Below are positions 7,542 to 18,088 of a stretch of 18,088 bases of DNA, piece after piece (the stretch's first letter is position 1; each line of letters starts with the position of its first letter). The DNA is taken from the NCBI GenBank assembly GCA_044356295.1, contig JBIKWN010000052.1, positions 1 through 18,088 of the forward strand, given 5' to 3'. Under the pieces are notes generated by a model. That model was not told the DNA's origin and ran no database searches. It saw nothing but the letters and a program-made list of their open reading frames with translations. The translations under genes and the position numbers were made by a program. Origin of the DNA: Bdellovibrionota bacterium (GTDB taxonomy: Bacteria > Bdellovibrionota_C > UBA2361 > JBIKWN01).

Positions 7542-8090
7542 ATGAACCGCCAAGAAAGACAAGACCAAATTGAATTCCTGGGTAATTGGTACTCAAATGC
7601 TCAAGTAGCACTTTGTGTAGATTACAGAGGATTAACCGTTGATCAGATTACACGCTTTAGAAAAGAGCTCACTAAAATTGGCGCTAAGGGTCAAGTTGTT
7701 AAAAACACCCTTAACGTTAAAGCTATTGATAAATCTTTCTCAAGCTCAAATGCTGAGCAAGTTGCTAAGTATAAGAAACTTTTCAAAGGACCAAGTCTTT
7801 TGATTATTTCAGATGCTGATCCAGTTGCTCCTGCAAAAGTAGTTGCGAAATTTGCAAAAGATTTTCAAGCCCTTCAAATCAAAGGTGCTTGGATGGATGG
7901 TACTTATCTTGATGAAGCAGGTGTTCAGGAATTATCAAGTATGCCAGGTAAACAAGAAGTGCTTGCGCAACTTCTTGCTCTTATCAATACCCCAGCAACT
8001 CAGTTGCTAAGACTTATGAATACTCCAGCAACACAAATGCTGACAGTGCTCGATGGTCACCGCAAAAACTTGGAAGCCAAGGCTGCGTAA
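7542..8090 (+). CDS. rplJ: 50S ribosomal protein L10
   Basis: VDYRGLTVDQ, VVKNTL and LSSMP motifs, in the expected position. Confidence 0.98.
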   Translation: MNRQERQDQIEFLGNWYSNAQVALCVDYRGLTVDQITRFRKELTKIGAKGQVVKNTLNVKAIDKSFSSSNAEQVAKYKKLFKGPSLLIISDADPVAPAKVVAKFAKDFQALQIKGAWMDGTYLDEAGVQELSSMPGKQEVLAQLLALINTPATQLLRLMNTPATQMLTVLDGHRKNLEAKAA

Positions 8091-8129
8091 TTTTTAAATT
8101 TTTATTTTAACCTATTAGGAGTAAACAAA

Positions 8130-8507
8130 ATGAGTGTAAATGCTGAAGAAGTAAAAGAGTTCATCAAAAGTATGTCTTTGATGGAAGCTGCAAAACTAGT
8201 TAAGGCCTTAGAAGAAGAGCTTGGCGTATCCGCTGCTGCTCCTGTTGCTATGGTCGCTGCTGCTGGTGGAGCTGGTGCTGCTGCTGTTGAAGAGCAAACT
8301 GAGTTCACTGTAACTTTAGCTGACGCTGGTGCAGACCGTGTGAAAGTTATTAAAGTTATCAGAGAAATCACAAGCCTAGGGCTGAAAGAAGCTAAGGATC
8401 TTGTTGATGCTGCGCCTAAAGTTGTTAAAGAAGGTGCATCTAAAGCTGACGCTGAGGATATCAAGAAGAAACTTGAAGAAGCTGGCGCTAAAGCTACAGT
8501 TAAGTAA
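8130..8507 (+). CDS. rplL: 50S ribosomal protein L7/L12
   Basis: Ala/Gly hinge, [10 protein letters not shown] and [16 protein letters not shown] Shine-Dalgarno upstream. Confidence 0.99.
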   Translation: MSVNAEEVKEFIKSMSLMEAAKLVKALEEELGVSAAAPVAMVAAAGGAGAAAVEEQTEFTVTLADAGADRVKVIKVIREITSLGLKEAKDLVDAAPKVVKEGASKADAEDIKKKLEEAGAKATVK

Positions 8508-8522
8508 TAACTACTTAACAAA

Positions 8523-8544
8523 AGCCTATTATTTTCAATAGGTT
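8523..8544 (+). terminator. Possible weak hairpin after rplL
   Basis: AGCCTATT-ATTTTC-AATAGGTT stem-loop, AT-rich and without a clear U-tract. Confidence 0.3.
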
Positions 8545-8877
8545 GGCTCTGTTTGAGAATCTTTATACCTATCTTTTTATGGCAATGAAAAGGTCGGTTT
8601 TGAACCCTGATTCACTGTTTGCTCCAGTTAAAGAGAACCAAACAGGGCCTAAAAATCTCGAAAGCCCCCAAAGAAGTCTTAATTTTTTGGGATTTCTAGT
8701 GGGCTTTCTTGATATTGGAATAGAATTTGCCTAAACTACTAGGCACTCAACATAAAACTTAAAACTAGACAAGTTATTTTTGTACGTGTTCTTCTCGATT
8801 TGATGTGTTTGCTAAAAAATTAGTTGCACAATCTTTTCAGGGAGCAAAAGTTTCGTTGTCTGTTTGTTCGCGATCGT

Positions 8878-11800
8878 ATGACTTCAAAAATCAAAACCAA
8901 CCTTCGTCTTCGTCGTAGCTTTTCAAAAATTAAAGAGGTAGCAGAGATTCCTAACCTCATAGGTATTCAAAAGAAATCCTATGACCGGTTTCTCCAAGCG
9001 CATATCGATCCTGATAAAAGGGAAGAGATAGGGCTACAAAAAGTATTCAAATCAATTTTTCCAATTAAGGACTACAACAATACTGCAACGCTTGAGTATG
9101 TATCCTATACGCTTGGAATACCTAAGTATGATCAAGACGAGTGTCGCGATCGTGGAATGACTTGGGCAGCTCCACTTCGTGTAACGATTCAACTTGTTCT
9201 TTGGGATGTCAATCCTGATACAGGTGCTCGTACATTAAACGCTCTTAAAGAAGACGTTGTGTACTTTGGTGAAATACCTTTGATGACAGATAAAGGTACA
9301 TTCATCATCAATGGTACAGAGCGTGTAATCGTATCTCAGCTTCACCGATCGCCTGGTGTGTTCTTTGATCACGATGACGGGAAAAGTCACGTATCTGGAA
9401 AACTTTTGTATAACTCAAGAATTATCCCTTACCGTGGTTCGTGGATTGATTTTGAGTTTGATATCAAAGATATCCTTCATGCTCGAATCGATAGAAGAAG
9501 AAAAATCAACGCAACTGTTGTACTTCGTGCACTTGGTTTGGACGGCGAAGAAATTCTTAACACATATTACAAGAGTGATGAAGTCACTTTTGGTAAGCGT
9601 GGTCTTGTTACTAAGAAATTCGCACCAGAGCAACTCGAAGGACAAAAAGCATTCAAAGAAATTAAAGTTGGTCAGAAAGTTCTTGCAAAACAAGGCGGAA
9701 AGATTAACCGAGCTGCAATTCGTCGCATGAAAGAAGCAGAGATGGATCTCATCGAGATCGATCCTGATTCTGTTCCTGGAATGTGTGCTTCTGAAACTAT
9801 TATCCGTGCAGATGAAGAAGTTGCGCATCCAAAGACTGGTGAAATTCTTGCAGAAGCAGGAGAGATTCTTATTGGTTGGGAAGCAATTAAAGAAAGACTT
9901 GCTGGATCGATTACTGCTTTAAATGAGAATGATGGTAAAAACATCTGTTCGAAATTTACTGTTATCGTTGACGCTGGTGAAGAACTTACTGCTGATAAAG
10001 TTAACTCAAAAGGTGAAGTTGTTGAGCAAGGAACTATTTCGCTTGTTCAAGATCTTAAAATTGAAACTGTAAAAGTTCTTTATTTAGACGATCACCACAT
10101 TGGCGATGCACTATGGAAAACTCTTGTTACTGACAAGATGTCACCAGAGCGTGAAGATATCTATTCACGATTAGCGAAGAAACCTACATCTGATTCGTTG
10201 ATCGAGATCTACCGCAGACTTCGTCCAGGAGATCCTCCTCGACCAGAAACTGCAGCAGCAACATTTAAAAATCTTTTCTTTAACGCAGATAGATACGATC
10301 TATCAGATATTGGACGATACAAACTTAATCATAAGTTGTACCACGCCCATGGTAAGGAAGCGCCAAGCCTTGAGCAGGGTGTCCTTTCTCAATCTGATAT
10401 CGTTGAAACTGTTCGTTACTTACTAGAACTTCGTAACTCATCTGATGCAGTGCGACACTCTACTGATGATATCGATCACCTTGGTAACCGACGTGTACGT
10501 GCGGTTGGTGAGCTTATCGAAAATCAGTACAGAGTTGGACTTGTACGTATGGAGCGCGCTGTTCGTGAACGTATGGGTATGCAAGATATTGAGACTCTTG
10601 TTCCGCAAGACCTCATTAACTACAAACCTGCTTCTGCTGTTATCAAAGAATTTTTTGGTTCATCGCAACTTTCTCAGTTCATGGATCAGACAAACCCACT
10701 TTCAGAAATTACGCACAAGCGACGTCTTTCAGCCTTAGGCCCAGGCGGTTTAACAAGAGATCGTGCAGGATTTGAAGTACGAGACGTAAATACGACTCAC
10801 TACGGAAGAATCTGTCCGATTGAAACTCCTGAAGGTCCAAACATTGGTCTTATCTCATCACTTGCAGTTTATGCTCGTGTTAATGAGTTTGGATTCCTTG
10901 AAACACCTTACAGAGTTATAGATTCACAAAACCGTGTAACTGATGACATTGTTTTCTTATCTGCACTTGAAGAAGAAAGAGAAACTATTGCTCCTGCAAT
11001 GGATTGCCTTGCTTCTGACGGATCATTTAGAAACGACTCTGTCCCAGCACGTAAGAATGGTGAGTATATCGCTGCTCCTCAAGCCGACGTTACAAAGATG
11101 GATGTAAGTCCGAAGCAAACTGTTTCAGTTGCTGCGTCACTTATCCCATTCCTTGAAAACGACGATGCGAACAGAGCATTGATGGGATCGAACATGCAAC
11201 GACAAGCTGTGCCTTGCTTGAGAACTATGGCACCACTTGTTGGTACTGGAATGGAAGGCATTGTTGCTAGAGATTCTGGTGCAACAGTTGTTGCTAAGCG
11301 TTCTGGAAAAATTATGTCAGTAGATTCTGAGCGTATTGTAATGCGTGCAGATAAGTTGACTGATGATCCACTTGATACTGGTGTAGATATCTATAACTTG
11401 ATCAAGTACAGACGTTCAAACCAAAACACTTGTATTACACAGAAACCAATCGTTCGCCCTGGTGAGAAAGTAAAAGCGCAGGAAGTTATTGCTGATGGCC
11501 CATCAACTGAGATGGCTGAGTTAGCACTTGGACAAAACTGCCTTGTAGCTTTCATGCCGTGGAATGGATACAACTTCGAGGATTCAATCTTGATCTCTGA
11601 GAAGCTTGTTCAAAGCGATGTCTTTACTTCAATCCACATTGAAGAGTTTGAATGTATCGCCCGCGATACCAAACTTGGTAAAGAAGAAATCACTCGTGAT
11701 ATTCCAAACATTGGAGAGGAAGCACTTAAGAACCTTGATGAATCTGGAATTATCCGTATCGGTGCAGAAGTTAAGCCTGGTGATATCCTCGTTGGTAAAA

Positions 11801-13332
11801 TTACTCCGAAAAGTGAAACTCAACTTTCACCTGAAGAGAAGTTACTACGAGCAATCTTCGGCGAAAAAGCTGGTGAAGTTCGTGATACATCATTAAAACT
11901 TCCTCCTGGAGTTGAAGGTACTATTATATCTGCTCAAGTATTCTCTCGTAAGGGTACTGAGAAAGATGAGCGTATGCTTGCAATTGAAAAGAGAGAAGTT
12001 TCCCGTGTTGAACAGGATCACAAAGATGAAATTAAAATTCTTCGTGAAGCTGCTCTTACCGAGATTAATGAACTCCTTGTTGGTAAAACTACAACAGCAA
12101 GACTTGTCGACGATAAACGTGCTCAGTTGATTGCGAAAGATACAGTGCTAACTGAAGAAATTCTTGAAGGTGTTCCATTCGAATACATCAGAGATATCCA
12201 AGTTGGTGATGAAGAAATTCAAGAATCACTGAACAAAGTTGTTGTTCGAACTGGTCAGCTTATCAACAATAAGCGTGCATTTATTCAAGAGAAAGTGAAG
12301 CGTTTGAAAGAAGGAGACGAACTTGCTCCTGGTGTGATTAAGATGGTTAAAGTCTTTATCGCTATTAAACGTAAAATCCAAGTAGGTGATAAACTTGCTG
12401 GACGTCACGGTAACAAAGGGGTTCTCTCCAAAGTTGTACCTGTAGAAGACATGCCTCACCTAGAAGATGGAACACCAGTTGATATGGTGCTCAATCCTCT
12501 TGGGGTACCTTCGCGGATGAACGTTGGTCAGATTCTGGAAACTCACCTTGGATGGGCTGCGTATATGTCAGGTAGACGTGTTCGCGATGCACTTGAAGAA
12601 GTCATGGATCCAACAACTGGCGAGTTCCACCCTGAAGCGTCACTTCAAGCTAGAAAAGATGCTGCTACTAAAATTAAGTCTATCTTCACTTCAGTTTTGA
12701 ATGATGAGAAATGCTTGAGCAATATTACTAAGTTTAATGACGAAGATATTTTTGCTTTTGCTCGACGTGAAGTATGCGGTGTCCATTTTGCAACACCAGT
12801 ATTTGATGCTGCAAAACATGAAGAGATTAGAAATCTTCTTACATTTAACGGTGTAAGTGATTCTGGTCAGGTTCAACTTGTTGATGGACGGACAGGCGAA
12901 ACTTTCAAAGAGAAAACTACTGTTGGTGTCATGTACATGCTGAAACTCGACCACTTGGTCGATGACAAAATTCACGCACGTTCAATTGGCCCATACAGTC
13001 TTGTTACTCAACAACCGCTTGGTGGTAAGGCTCAGTTCGGAGGTCAAAGACTTGGAGAGATGGAAGTATGGGCGCTTGAAGCATACGGTGCTGCTTACAC
13101 TCTACAAGAATTCCTCACTGTGAAGTCAGATGACGTTGCAGGTCGAACCAGAATGTACGAGTCGATTGTGAAAGGTGAACATGTTCTTGAGCCAGGACTT
13201 CCTGAATCGTTCAACGTTATGATGAACGAACTTAAGTCGCTTGGTCTCGATATTCAGTTAGTTGAAGAAAATCCTGAAGAGGATTTCCATGCTGACTCAG
13301 TAACTTCTAATAGCGCGGATATGCCGGCATAG
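8878..13332 (+). CDS. rpoB: DNA-directed RNA polymerase subunit beta
   Basis: [47 protein letters not shown] and [13 protein letters not shown]. Start taken at ATG 8878 ([15 protein letters not shown]), 1484 aa. Confidence 0.99.
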   Translation: MTSKIKTNLRLRRSFSKIKEVAEIPNLIGIQKKSYDRFLQAHIDPDKREEIGLQKVFKSIFPIKDYNNTATLEYVSYTLGIPKYDQDECRDRGMTWAAPLRVTIQLVLWDVNPDTGARTLNALKEDVVYFGEIPLMTDKGTFIINGTERVIVSQLHRSPGVFFDHDDGKSHVSGKLLYNSRIIPYRGSWIDFEFDIKDILHARIDRRRKINATVVLRALGLDGEEILNTYYKSDEVTFGKRGLVTKKFAPEQLEGQKAFKEIKVGQKVLAKQGGKINRAAIRRMKEAEMDLIEIDPDSVPGMCASETIIRADEEVAHPKTGEILAEAGEILIGWEAIKERLAGSITALNENDGKNICSKFTVIVDAGEELTADKVNSKGEVVEQGTISLVQDLKIETVKVLYLDDHHIGDALWKTLVTDKMSPEREDIYSRLAKKPTSDSLIEIYRRLRPGDPPRPETAAATFKNLFFNADRYDLSDIGRYKLNHKLYHAHGKEAPSLEQGVLSQSDIVETVRYLLELRNSSDAVRHSTDDIDHLGNRRVRAVGELIENQYRVGLVRMERAVRERMGMQDIETLVPQDLINYKPASAVIKEFFGSSQLSQFMDQTNPLSEITHKRRLSALGPGGLTRDRAGFEVRDVNTTHYGRICPIETPEGPNIGLISSLAVYARVNEFGFLETPYRVIDSQNRVTDDIVFLSALEEERETIAPAMDCLASDGSFRNDSVPARKNGEYIAAPQADVTKMDVSPKQTVSVAASLIPFLENDDANRALMGSNMQRQAVPCLRTMAPLVGTGMEGIVARDSGATVVAKRSGKIMSVDSERIVMRADKLTDDPLDTGVDIYNLIKYRRSNQNTCITQKPIVRPGEKVKAQEVIADGPSTEMAELALGQNCLVAFMPWNGYNFEDSILISEKLVQSDVFTSIHIEEFECIARDTKLGKEEITRDIPNIGEEALKNLDESGIIRIGAEVKPGDILVGKITPKSETQLSPEEKLLRAIFGEKAGEVRDTSLKLPPGVEGTIISAQVFSRKGTEKDERMLAIEKREVSRVEQDHKDEIKILREAALTEINELLVGKTTTARLVDDKRAQLIAKDTVLTEEILEGVPFEYIRDIQVGDEEIQESLNKVVVRTGQLINNKRAFIQEKVKRLKEGDELAPGVIKMVKVFIAIKRKIQVGDKLAGRHGNKGVLSKVVPVEDMPHLEDGTPVDMVLNPLGVPSRMNVGQILETHLGWAAYMSGRRVRDALEEVMDPTTGEFHPEASLQARKDAATKIKSIFTSVLNDEKCLSNITKFNDEDIFAFARREVCGVHFATPVFDAAKHEEIRNLLTFNGVSDSGQVQLVDGRTGETFKEKTTVGVMYMLKLDHLVDDKIHARSIGPYSLVTQQPLGGKAQFGGQRLGEMEVWALEAYGAAYTLQEFLTVKSDDVAGRTRMYESIVKGEHVLEPGLPESFNVMMNELKSLGLDIQLVEENPEEDFHADSVTSNSADMPA

Positions 13333-13346
13333 TCGTTACAAATTGT

Positions 13347-13370
13347 AGGCCCAAAGAATTCTTTGGGCCT
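13347..13370. terminator. Perfect 24-bp palindrome between rpoB and rpoC (hairpin)
   Basis: AGGCCCAAAGAATTCTTTGGGCCT, followed by GTGTTAATT, which is only a poor U-tract. Confidence 0.5.
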
Positions 13371-13426
13371 GTGTTAATTGTATAAAAGTACACATTAGTT
13401 TTTAAATTAGAATCAAGGATACTGGA

Positions 13427-16400
13427 ATGGACGATCTATTTAGCTTGTTCGAGAAGCCGAAAAATCCAATTAAGTTCAACGCTTTAAAAATCTCATTAGC
13501 TAGTGCTGATGTTATAAAGAGTTGGTCTCATGGCGAAGTTACTAAGCCTGAGACAATTAACTATCGTACGTTAAAACCAGAACGTGATGGATTGTTCTGC
13601 GCAAAAATATTCGGTCCTGTTAAGGATTACGAATGTATTTGTGGAAAATACAAAAGACTTCGTCACCGTGGTGTTGTGTGCGAAAAGTGCGGCGTAGAAG
13701 TTATCCAATCAAAAGTCCGTCGTGAACGCCTTGGGCATATTGAGCTTGCAGCTCCAGTTGCACATATTTGGTTTTTAAAATCTCTTCCAAGCCGAATTGG
13801 TGCAGTTATTGATATTACACTTCGTGATCTTGAAAAGGTTCTTTACTTCGAAAGCTACATCGTCACTGATGCTGGTGATTGTGAAGATCTTGAAGAAGGG
13901 CAACTTCTTACTGAAAAAGAATTCAGAACTGCACGTGAACAGTACGGTGCAAAATTTGAAGCAGGTATGGGCGCGGATACGATCCTACAAATGCTCAAAG
14001 AGATTGATGTTCATAAGCTTGTTCCACAGATTCGTGAAGAGCTTAAAAACGTTACTTCTGAGGCTAAAAAGAAAAAACTTTCAAAAAGACTAAAAGTTCT
14101 TAACTCATTCCTTATCAGCGGTAATAAGCCGCAAGATATGATCATGACAGTTGTTCCTGTCATACCACCAGATCTTCGTCCGCTTGTTCCACTTGATGGT
14201 GGTCGTTTTGCTACTTCAGATCTGAATGATCTATATCGACGTGTTATTAACCGTAACAACAGACTTCGTCGTCTGATTGAACTTGCAGCACCGGATATTA
14301 TTATCCGTAACGAAAAAAGAATGCTTCAAGAATCTGTTGATGCACTTTTTGATAACGGTCGTCGCGGAAGAACTATTACTGGTCCAAATAAGCGCCCATT
14401 AAAATCTCTTTCAGATATGTTGAAAGGTAAAGGTGGACGTTTCCGACAAAACCTTCTTGGTAAACGTGTAGATTATTCAGGACGTTCAGTTATCGTTGTT
14501 GGTCCAGAATTAAGACTCCACCAGTGTGGACTTCCAAAGAAAATGGCGCTCGAACTCTTTAAGCCATTTATCTATAACAAACTCGAAGAGCGAGGCTACG
14601 TCACAACCATTAAATCTGCGAAGAAAATGGTTGAAAAAGAGAAGCCAGTTGTTTGGGATATCCTTGATGAAGTTATTAAAGAGCACCCAGTACTATTAAA
14701 CCGTGCTCCGACACTTCACCGTTTAGGTATCCAAGCTTTTGAACCACTTCTTATCGAAGGTAAAGCTATCCAACTTCATCCACTCGTTTGTACAGCGTTT
14801 AACGCTGACTTCGACGGAGATCAGATGGCGGTTCACGTTCCATTATCAATCGAAGCTCAGGTTGAGTCTCGCGTATTGATGATGTCTACGAACAATATTC
14901 TTTCACCAGCTCATGGTAAGCCAATCATCGTTCCTTCACAGGATATCGTTCTTGGTCTTTACTATATGACTCGTGAGCGACCATATGTTCGTGGTGAGAA
15001 TGCTATTTTCTCAAACATGGATGAAGTTTCTATCGCATGGCAACAAGATGAAGTTCATCTTCAAGCAAAAATTAAATGCCGAATCGACGGTAAATTAGAA
15101 GATACTACCGTTGGTAGAGTGCTTCTTGCTTACCATGCACCAAAGAATGTCCTTCCATTCAAAGCTTTCAACAAAGTAATGAAGAAGAAAGAGATCTCTG
15201 GTCTTATCGATGAAGCATTCCGTGTTGCTGGAAATAAAGCGACAGTTCTTCTTGCGGATAGCATTAAGAATATCGGTTACCGTTTCGCAACAATTGCTGG
15301 TATTTCAATCGGCATTAACGATATGGCGATTCCTCCATCTAAGATTAAACTTCTTGGTGATGCAGATAAAAAAGTTGCTGAAATTGATGGCCAATATCAA
15401 GAAGGTCTTATCACTTCAGGTGAGCGATACAACAAAGTAATCGATATCTGGTCAGACGTTGGTGATAAAATTGCTGATGATATGATGCAGGATATCTCTT
15501 CTGCAGAGTATAAGAGCGAAACTGGTGAGACTAAAAAAGGTCCTTCATTTAACTCAATTTACATCATGGCTGACTCTGGTGCTCGAGGATCGAGCCAACA
15601 GATTCGACAGCTTGCTGGAATGAGAGGACTGATGGCAAAACCTGATGGATCCATCATCGAAGAGCCTATTAAGGCAAATCTTCGTGAAGGTCTTTCGGTT
15701 CTTCAGTACTTCGTATCAACGCACGGTGCACGTAAAGGTCTTGCAGATACAGCATTAAAAACAGCGAACTCTGGTTATTTAACTCGACGACTTGTTGACG
15801 TTGCTCAAGATTCAATTGTTACTTCATACGATTGCGGAACAAACGAAGGTCTTGAAATCTCTGCACTTGTTGAAGGTGGGGAAGAGATCGAATCATTAAC
15901 GAACAGAATCTTAGGACGTGTTGCTGCTGAGGACATTAGCGACCCAATTACGAACGAAGTTCTTGTTAGAAGAAACGAAGAAATAGATGAAGAAAAAGCT
16001 GCTGCAATTACTAATTGCGGTATCGATATGGTCTTTATCAGATCAGCACTGACTTGTGAGTCAGAGCGTGGTGTTTGTTCACTCTGTTATGGTCGTGATC
16101 TTGCTCGTGGACATATGGTTAATCTTGGTGAAGCAGTTGGAGTTATTGCTGCTCAATCAATCGGTGAACCTGGAACACAGTTAACAATGAGAACGTTCCA
16201 CATCGGAGGTGCTGCGGTTGGACGAGGAGAACAAAGTTCTCTTGAAGCTCGCTTTGCAGGTAAAGTTAGATATGAAAACGGACGTATCGTTCGTCGACGT
16301 GATGGTTCACAAGTAATGATGGCTCGTAAGAGCGAACTCGTTGTTGTTGATGCTATTGATGGTCGCGAAAAAGAGCGTCACTCAATTGTATACGGTTGCA

Positions 16401-17551
16401 GACTTAAAGTTGAAGAAGGTGCAGAAGTTAAGCCTGGTCAACTTATGGCTGAATGGGATCCGTTTACTATTCCAATTCTTTCCGATGTTGCAGGTCGTGT
16501 TGAATGGCAAGACCTCAATGAAAACACCATCGAAGAAAAATCGGATGAGCGCACAGGATTTGTTGAGAAAGAAATCATCCAATCTCGTGACCGCGCAGCT
16601 GATCTTCGTCCTCGTATCATAGTATACGGAGAAAATGGTGAGAACCGCGTTTACAACTTACCTACTGGTGTTCGTGTTACTGTTGAACATAACACTGATA
16701 TCGATGCAGGTGATGTTATCGCTAAACGTGAAAGAGCTTCTACTAAAACGAAAGATATTACAGGGGGTCTACCTCGCGTTGTTGAGCTATTCGAAGCTCG
16801 TAAACCAAAAGATCCTGCAGTTGTATCTGATGTTGATGGTACTGTTGATTTCGGTGAAGATTCTCGTGGTAAGAGAAAAATCGTTGTTACTCCAGAATAC
16901 GGAGAGCCTCGTGAGTATCTTGTTGCGAAAACAAAACACGTATCTGTTCAGAAAGGTGATCGAGTTAGAGCTGGTGAATCACTGACAGATGGCGCAATCA
17001 ATCCACATGATATTCTTCGTATTGAAGGTGTTAAAGCACTTGCTTCATACCTTACAAACGAAGTGCAAGAAATCTACCGACTACAAGGTGTGCGTATCAA
17101 TGATAAACACATCGAAGTAATTGTTCGTCAGATGTTAAAACGTGTGAAGATTGCTGATTTTGGTGATACTCACTTCCTTGTCGGTGACTCTGTTGAGCGA
17201 TGGAGAGTAACACTTGAAAATCAAAAGATTGTTGCTACTGGTGGTAAACCTGCTATCTATGAGCCGCTTCTTTTGGGTATTACAAAAGCTGCTCTTACAA
17301 CTGATTCGTTTATCTCGGCTGCTTCTTTCCAAGAAACTACTAAGGTTCTTACCGAAGCTGCAGTGTCTGGAAGAGTTGATACGCTTCGTGGACTCAAAGA
17401 GAACGTTATCATGGGTCGTTTGATTCCTGCTGGTTCTGGTGTTTCTGAATATGTAAACCGTCAGATATTTGTTGATGGTGAAGAAGAAGCACCTCAAGCA
17501 GAGTATAAAATCAGTCAAACTTCTCTTGAAAGCTTGGCAGGACTTTTATAA
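13427..17551 (+). CDS. rpoC: DNA-directed RNA polymerase subunit beta'
   Basis: KPETINYRT, Zn-finger CICGKYK...CEKC, catalytic NADFDGD and [12 protein letters not shown]. Confidence 0.99.
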   Translation: MDDLFSLFEKPKNPIKFNALKISLASADVIKSWSHGEVTKPETINYRTLKPERDGLFCAKIFGPVKDYECICGKYKRLRHRGVVCEKCGVEVIQSKVRRERLGHIELAAPVAHIWFLKSLPSRIGAVIDITLRDLEKVLYFESYIVTDAGDCEDLEEGQLLTEKEFRTAREQYGAKFEAGMGADTILQMLKEIDVHKLVPQIREELKNVTSEAKKKKLSKRLKVLNSFLISGNKPQDMIMTVVPVIPPDLRPLVPLDGGRFATSDLNDLYRRVINRNNRLRRLIELAAPDIIIRNEKRMLQESVDALFDNGRRGRTITGPNKRPLKSLSDMLKGKGGRFRQNLLGKRVDYSGRSVIVVGPELRLHQCGLPKKMALELFKPFIYNKLEERGYVTTIKSAKKMVEKEKPVVWDILDEVIKEHPVLLNRAPTLHRLGIQAFEPLLIEGKAIQLHPLVCTAFNADFDGDQMAVHVPLSIEAQVESRVLMMSTNNILSPAHGKPIIVPSQDIVLGLYYMTRERPYVRGENAIFSNMDEVSIAWQQDEVHLQAKIKCRIDGKLEDTTVGRVLLAYHAPKNVLPFKAFNKVMKKKEISGLIDEAFRVAGNKATVLLADSIKNIGYRFATIAGISIGINDMAIPPSKIKLLGDADKKVAEIDGQYQEGLITSGERYNKVIDIWSDVGDKIADDMMQDISSAEYKSETGETKKGPSFNSIYIMADSGARGSSQQIRQLAGMRGLMAKPDGSIIEEPIKANLREGLSVLQYFVSTHGARKGLADTALKTANSGYLTRRLVDVAQDSIVTSYDCGTNEGLEISALVEGGEEIESLTNRILGRVAAEDISDPITNEVLVRRNEEIDEEKAAAITNCGIDMVFIRSALTCESERGVCSLCYGRDLARGHMVNLGEAVGVIAAQSIGEPGTQLTMRTFHIGGAAVGRGEQSSLEARFAGKVRYENGRIVRRRDGSQVMMARKSELVVVDAIDGREKERHSIVYGCRLKVEEGAEVKPGQLMAEWDPFTIPILSDVAGRVEWQDLNENTIEEKSDERTGFVEKEIIQSRDRAADLRPRIIVYGENGENRVYNLPTGVRVTVEHNTDIDAGDVIAKRERASTKTKDITGGLPRVVELFEARKPKDPAVVSDVDGTVDFGEDSRGKRKIVVTPEYGEPREYLVAKTKHVSVQKGDRVRAGESLTDGAINPHDILRIEGVKALASYLTNEVQEIYRLQGVRINDKHIEVIVRQMLKRVKIADFGDTHFLVGDSVERWRVTLENQKIVATGGKPAIYEPLLLGITKAALTTDSFISAASFQETTKVLTEAAVSGRVDTLRGLKENVIMGRLIPAGSGVSEYVNRQIFVDGEEEAPQAEYKISQTSLESLAGLL

Positions 17552-17560
17552 TAACTCGCA

Positions 17561-17983
17561 GTGGTCAAGTTTCGGATCGAAGAGGGCGAGACTGACCAAG
17601 TAACGTACACTGGAAAACGTGAACGTCGAAAGACCGTTCTCCTTAAAGTAGGGGAACGGTCTATCTCTAAAAAAGCTCTACAACTTGGATTAATCCTTAT
17701 TGTCTGTCAGGTTCTTGATGGCTTCCTCACTTATATTGGGCTCTCTTTAATGGGTGTTCATATGGAAGGGAATTCATTCCTCAGAAATTTGATGCATTAT
17801 TATGGTCAAGCACCTGTCCTTTTTGCAGCAAAATTAACATCGATTCTTTTTATTGCTCTGCTTACTCTTCAATCACATACTCGACGCTGGATTCGACCAG
17901 TTATCGTTGTGTTAATTATTATTTACCTCTGTCTTGCTGTGATTCCTTGGACATACCTTATTAGTCAAAAACTTGCTGGTTAA
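17561..17983 (+). CDS. DUF5658-like small membrane protein
   Basis: Three hydrophobic helices with the LDGFLTYIGL...G...EGNS motif (D-x-x-LT ... E-x-N). Starts 9 nt after rpoC. Confidence 0.75.
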   Translation: MVKFRIEEGETDQVTYTGKRERRKTVLLKVGERSISKKALQLGLILIVCQVLDGFLTYIGLSLMGVHMEGNSFLRNLMHYYGQAPVLFAAKLTSILFIALLTLQSHTRRWIRPVIVVLIIIYLCLAVIPWTYLISQKLAG

Positions 17984-18014
17984 CATTTCATATCATAATT
18001 GTCGTTTTTAATTT

Positions 18015-18088
18015 AGTAACGCGAAGGTCGCGAAGTAAGCGAAGGATGTAAATAAATACGTCGCCTACTTCGCGACCATAGCGTTACT
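18015..18088. repeat. Nonamer-periodic long inverted repeat (REP-like)
   Basis: Arm 18015-18042 (AGTAACGCGAAGGTCGCGAAGTAAGCGA) and arm 18061-18088 are reverse complements with 3 mismatches in 28. 9-bp unit nnnGCGAAG. Confidence 0.85.

Noticed and set aside
8545..8649. 6S RNA or SRP RNA
   Set aside because: Too short for 6S and lacks the SRP helix-8 GNRA and internal-loop motif.
8543..8734. 63-aa ORF in the rplL-rpoB spacer
   Set aside because: TTG start, no RBS, no recognisable motif, and it overlaps the predicted RNA stems.
8824..8877. N-terminal extension of RpoB from TTG 8824
   Set aside because: Similarity to RpoB begins at [15 protein letters not shown], so ATG 8878 is the more plausible start.
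10651..10746. Rifampicin-resistance substitutions in RpoB cluster I
   Set aside because: [31 protein letters not shown] retains the susceptible-type Q, D, H and S residues.
5608..17518. Numerous short alternate-frame and antisense ORFs inside housekeeping genes (e.g. 8102-8521, 9415-9828, 17135-17518)
   Set aside because: Shadow ORFs expected from codon bias of the real genes. None shows a recognisable protein motif.
8878..17551. Inteins, frameshifts or an rpoB-rpoC fusion
   Set aside because: Both ORFs are continuous and separately terminated. No intein splice-junction or LAGLIDADG motifs were seen, and the beta' trigger-loop insertion has the usual proteobacterial size.

Overview
AT-rich bacterial chromosomal window. 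RpoB, RpoC and NusG features suggest a deltaproteobacterial-type lineage such as Bdellovibrionota or Myxococcota (inference only). The right two-thirds is the conserved secE-nusG-rplK-rplA-rplJ-rplL-rpoB-rpoC cluster, followed by a DUF5658-like membrane protein instead of rpsL. The left ~5.4 kb is a rearranged version of the usual tRNA-Thr/Tyr/Gly/Thr-tuf-rpmG-tRNA-Trp leader. It has three tRNA-Thr genes (two GGT copies in opposite orientation), no tRNA-Tyr, tRNA-Gly, tuf or rpmG, and an inverted tRNA-Trp separated from secE. Five accessory genes lie in it: a winged-helix-tailed protein, a HAF-like repeat protein, an archaemetzincin-like protease, a secreted Cys-rich protein and an orphan CheZ. 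The most striking structure is a nested palindrome just downstream of tRNA-Trp. An inverted copy of the tRNA 3' end encloses a 124-bp IS4-like MITE (perfect 18-bp TIRs, 11-bp target duplication), which encloses a hexamer-periodic hairpin also found free behind tRNA-Thr(UGU). All calls are by eye; no searches were run.
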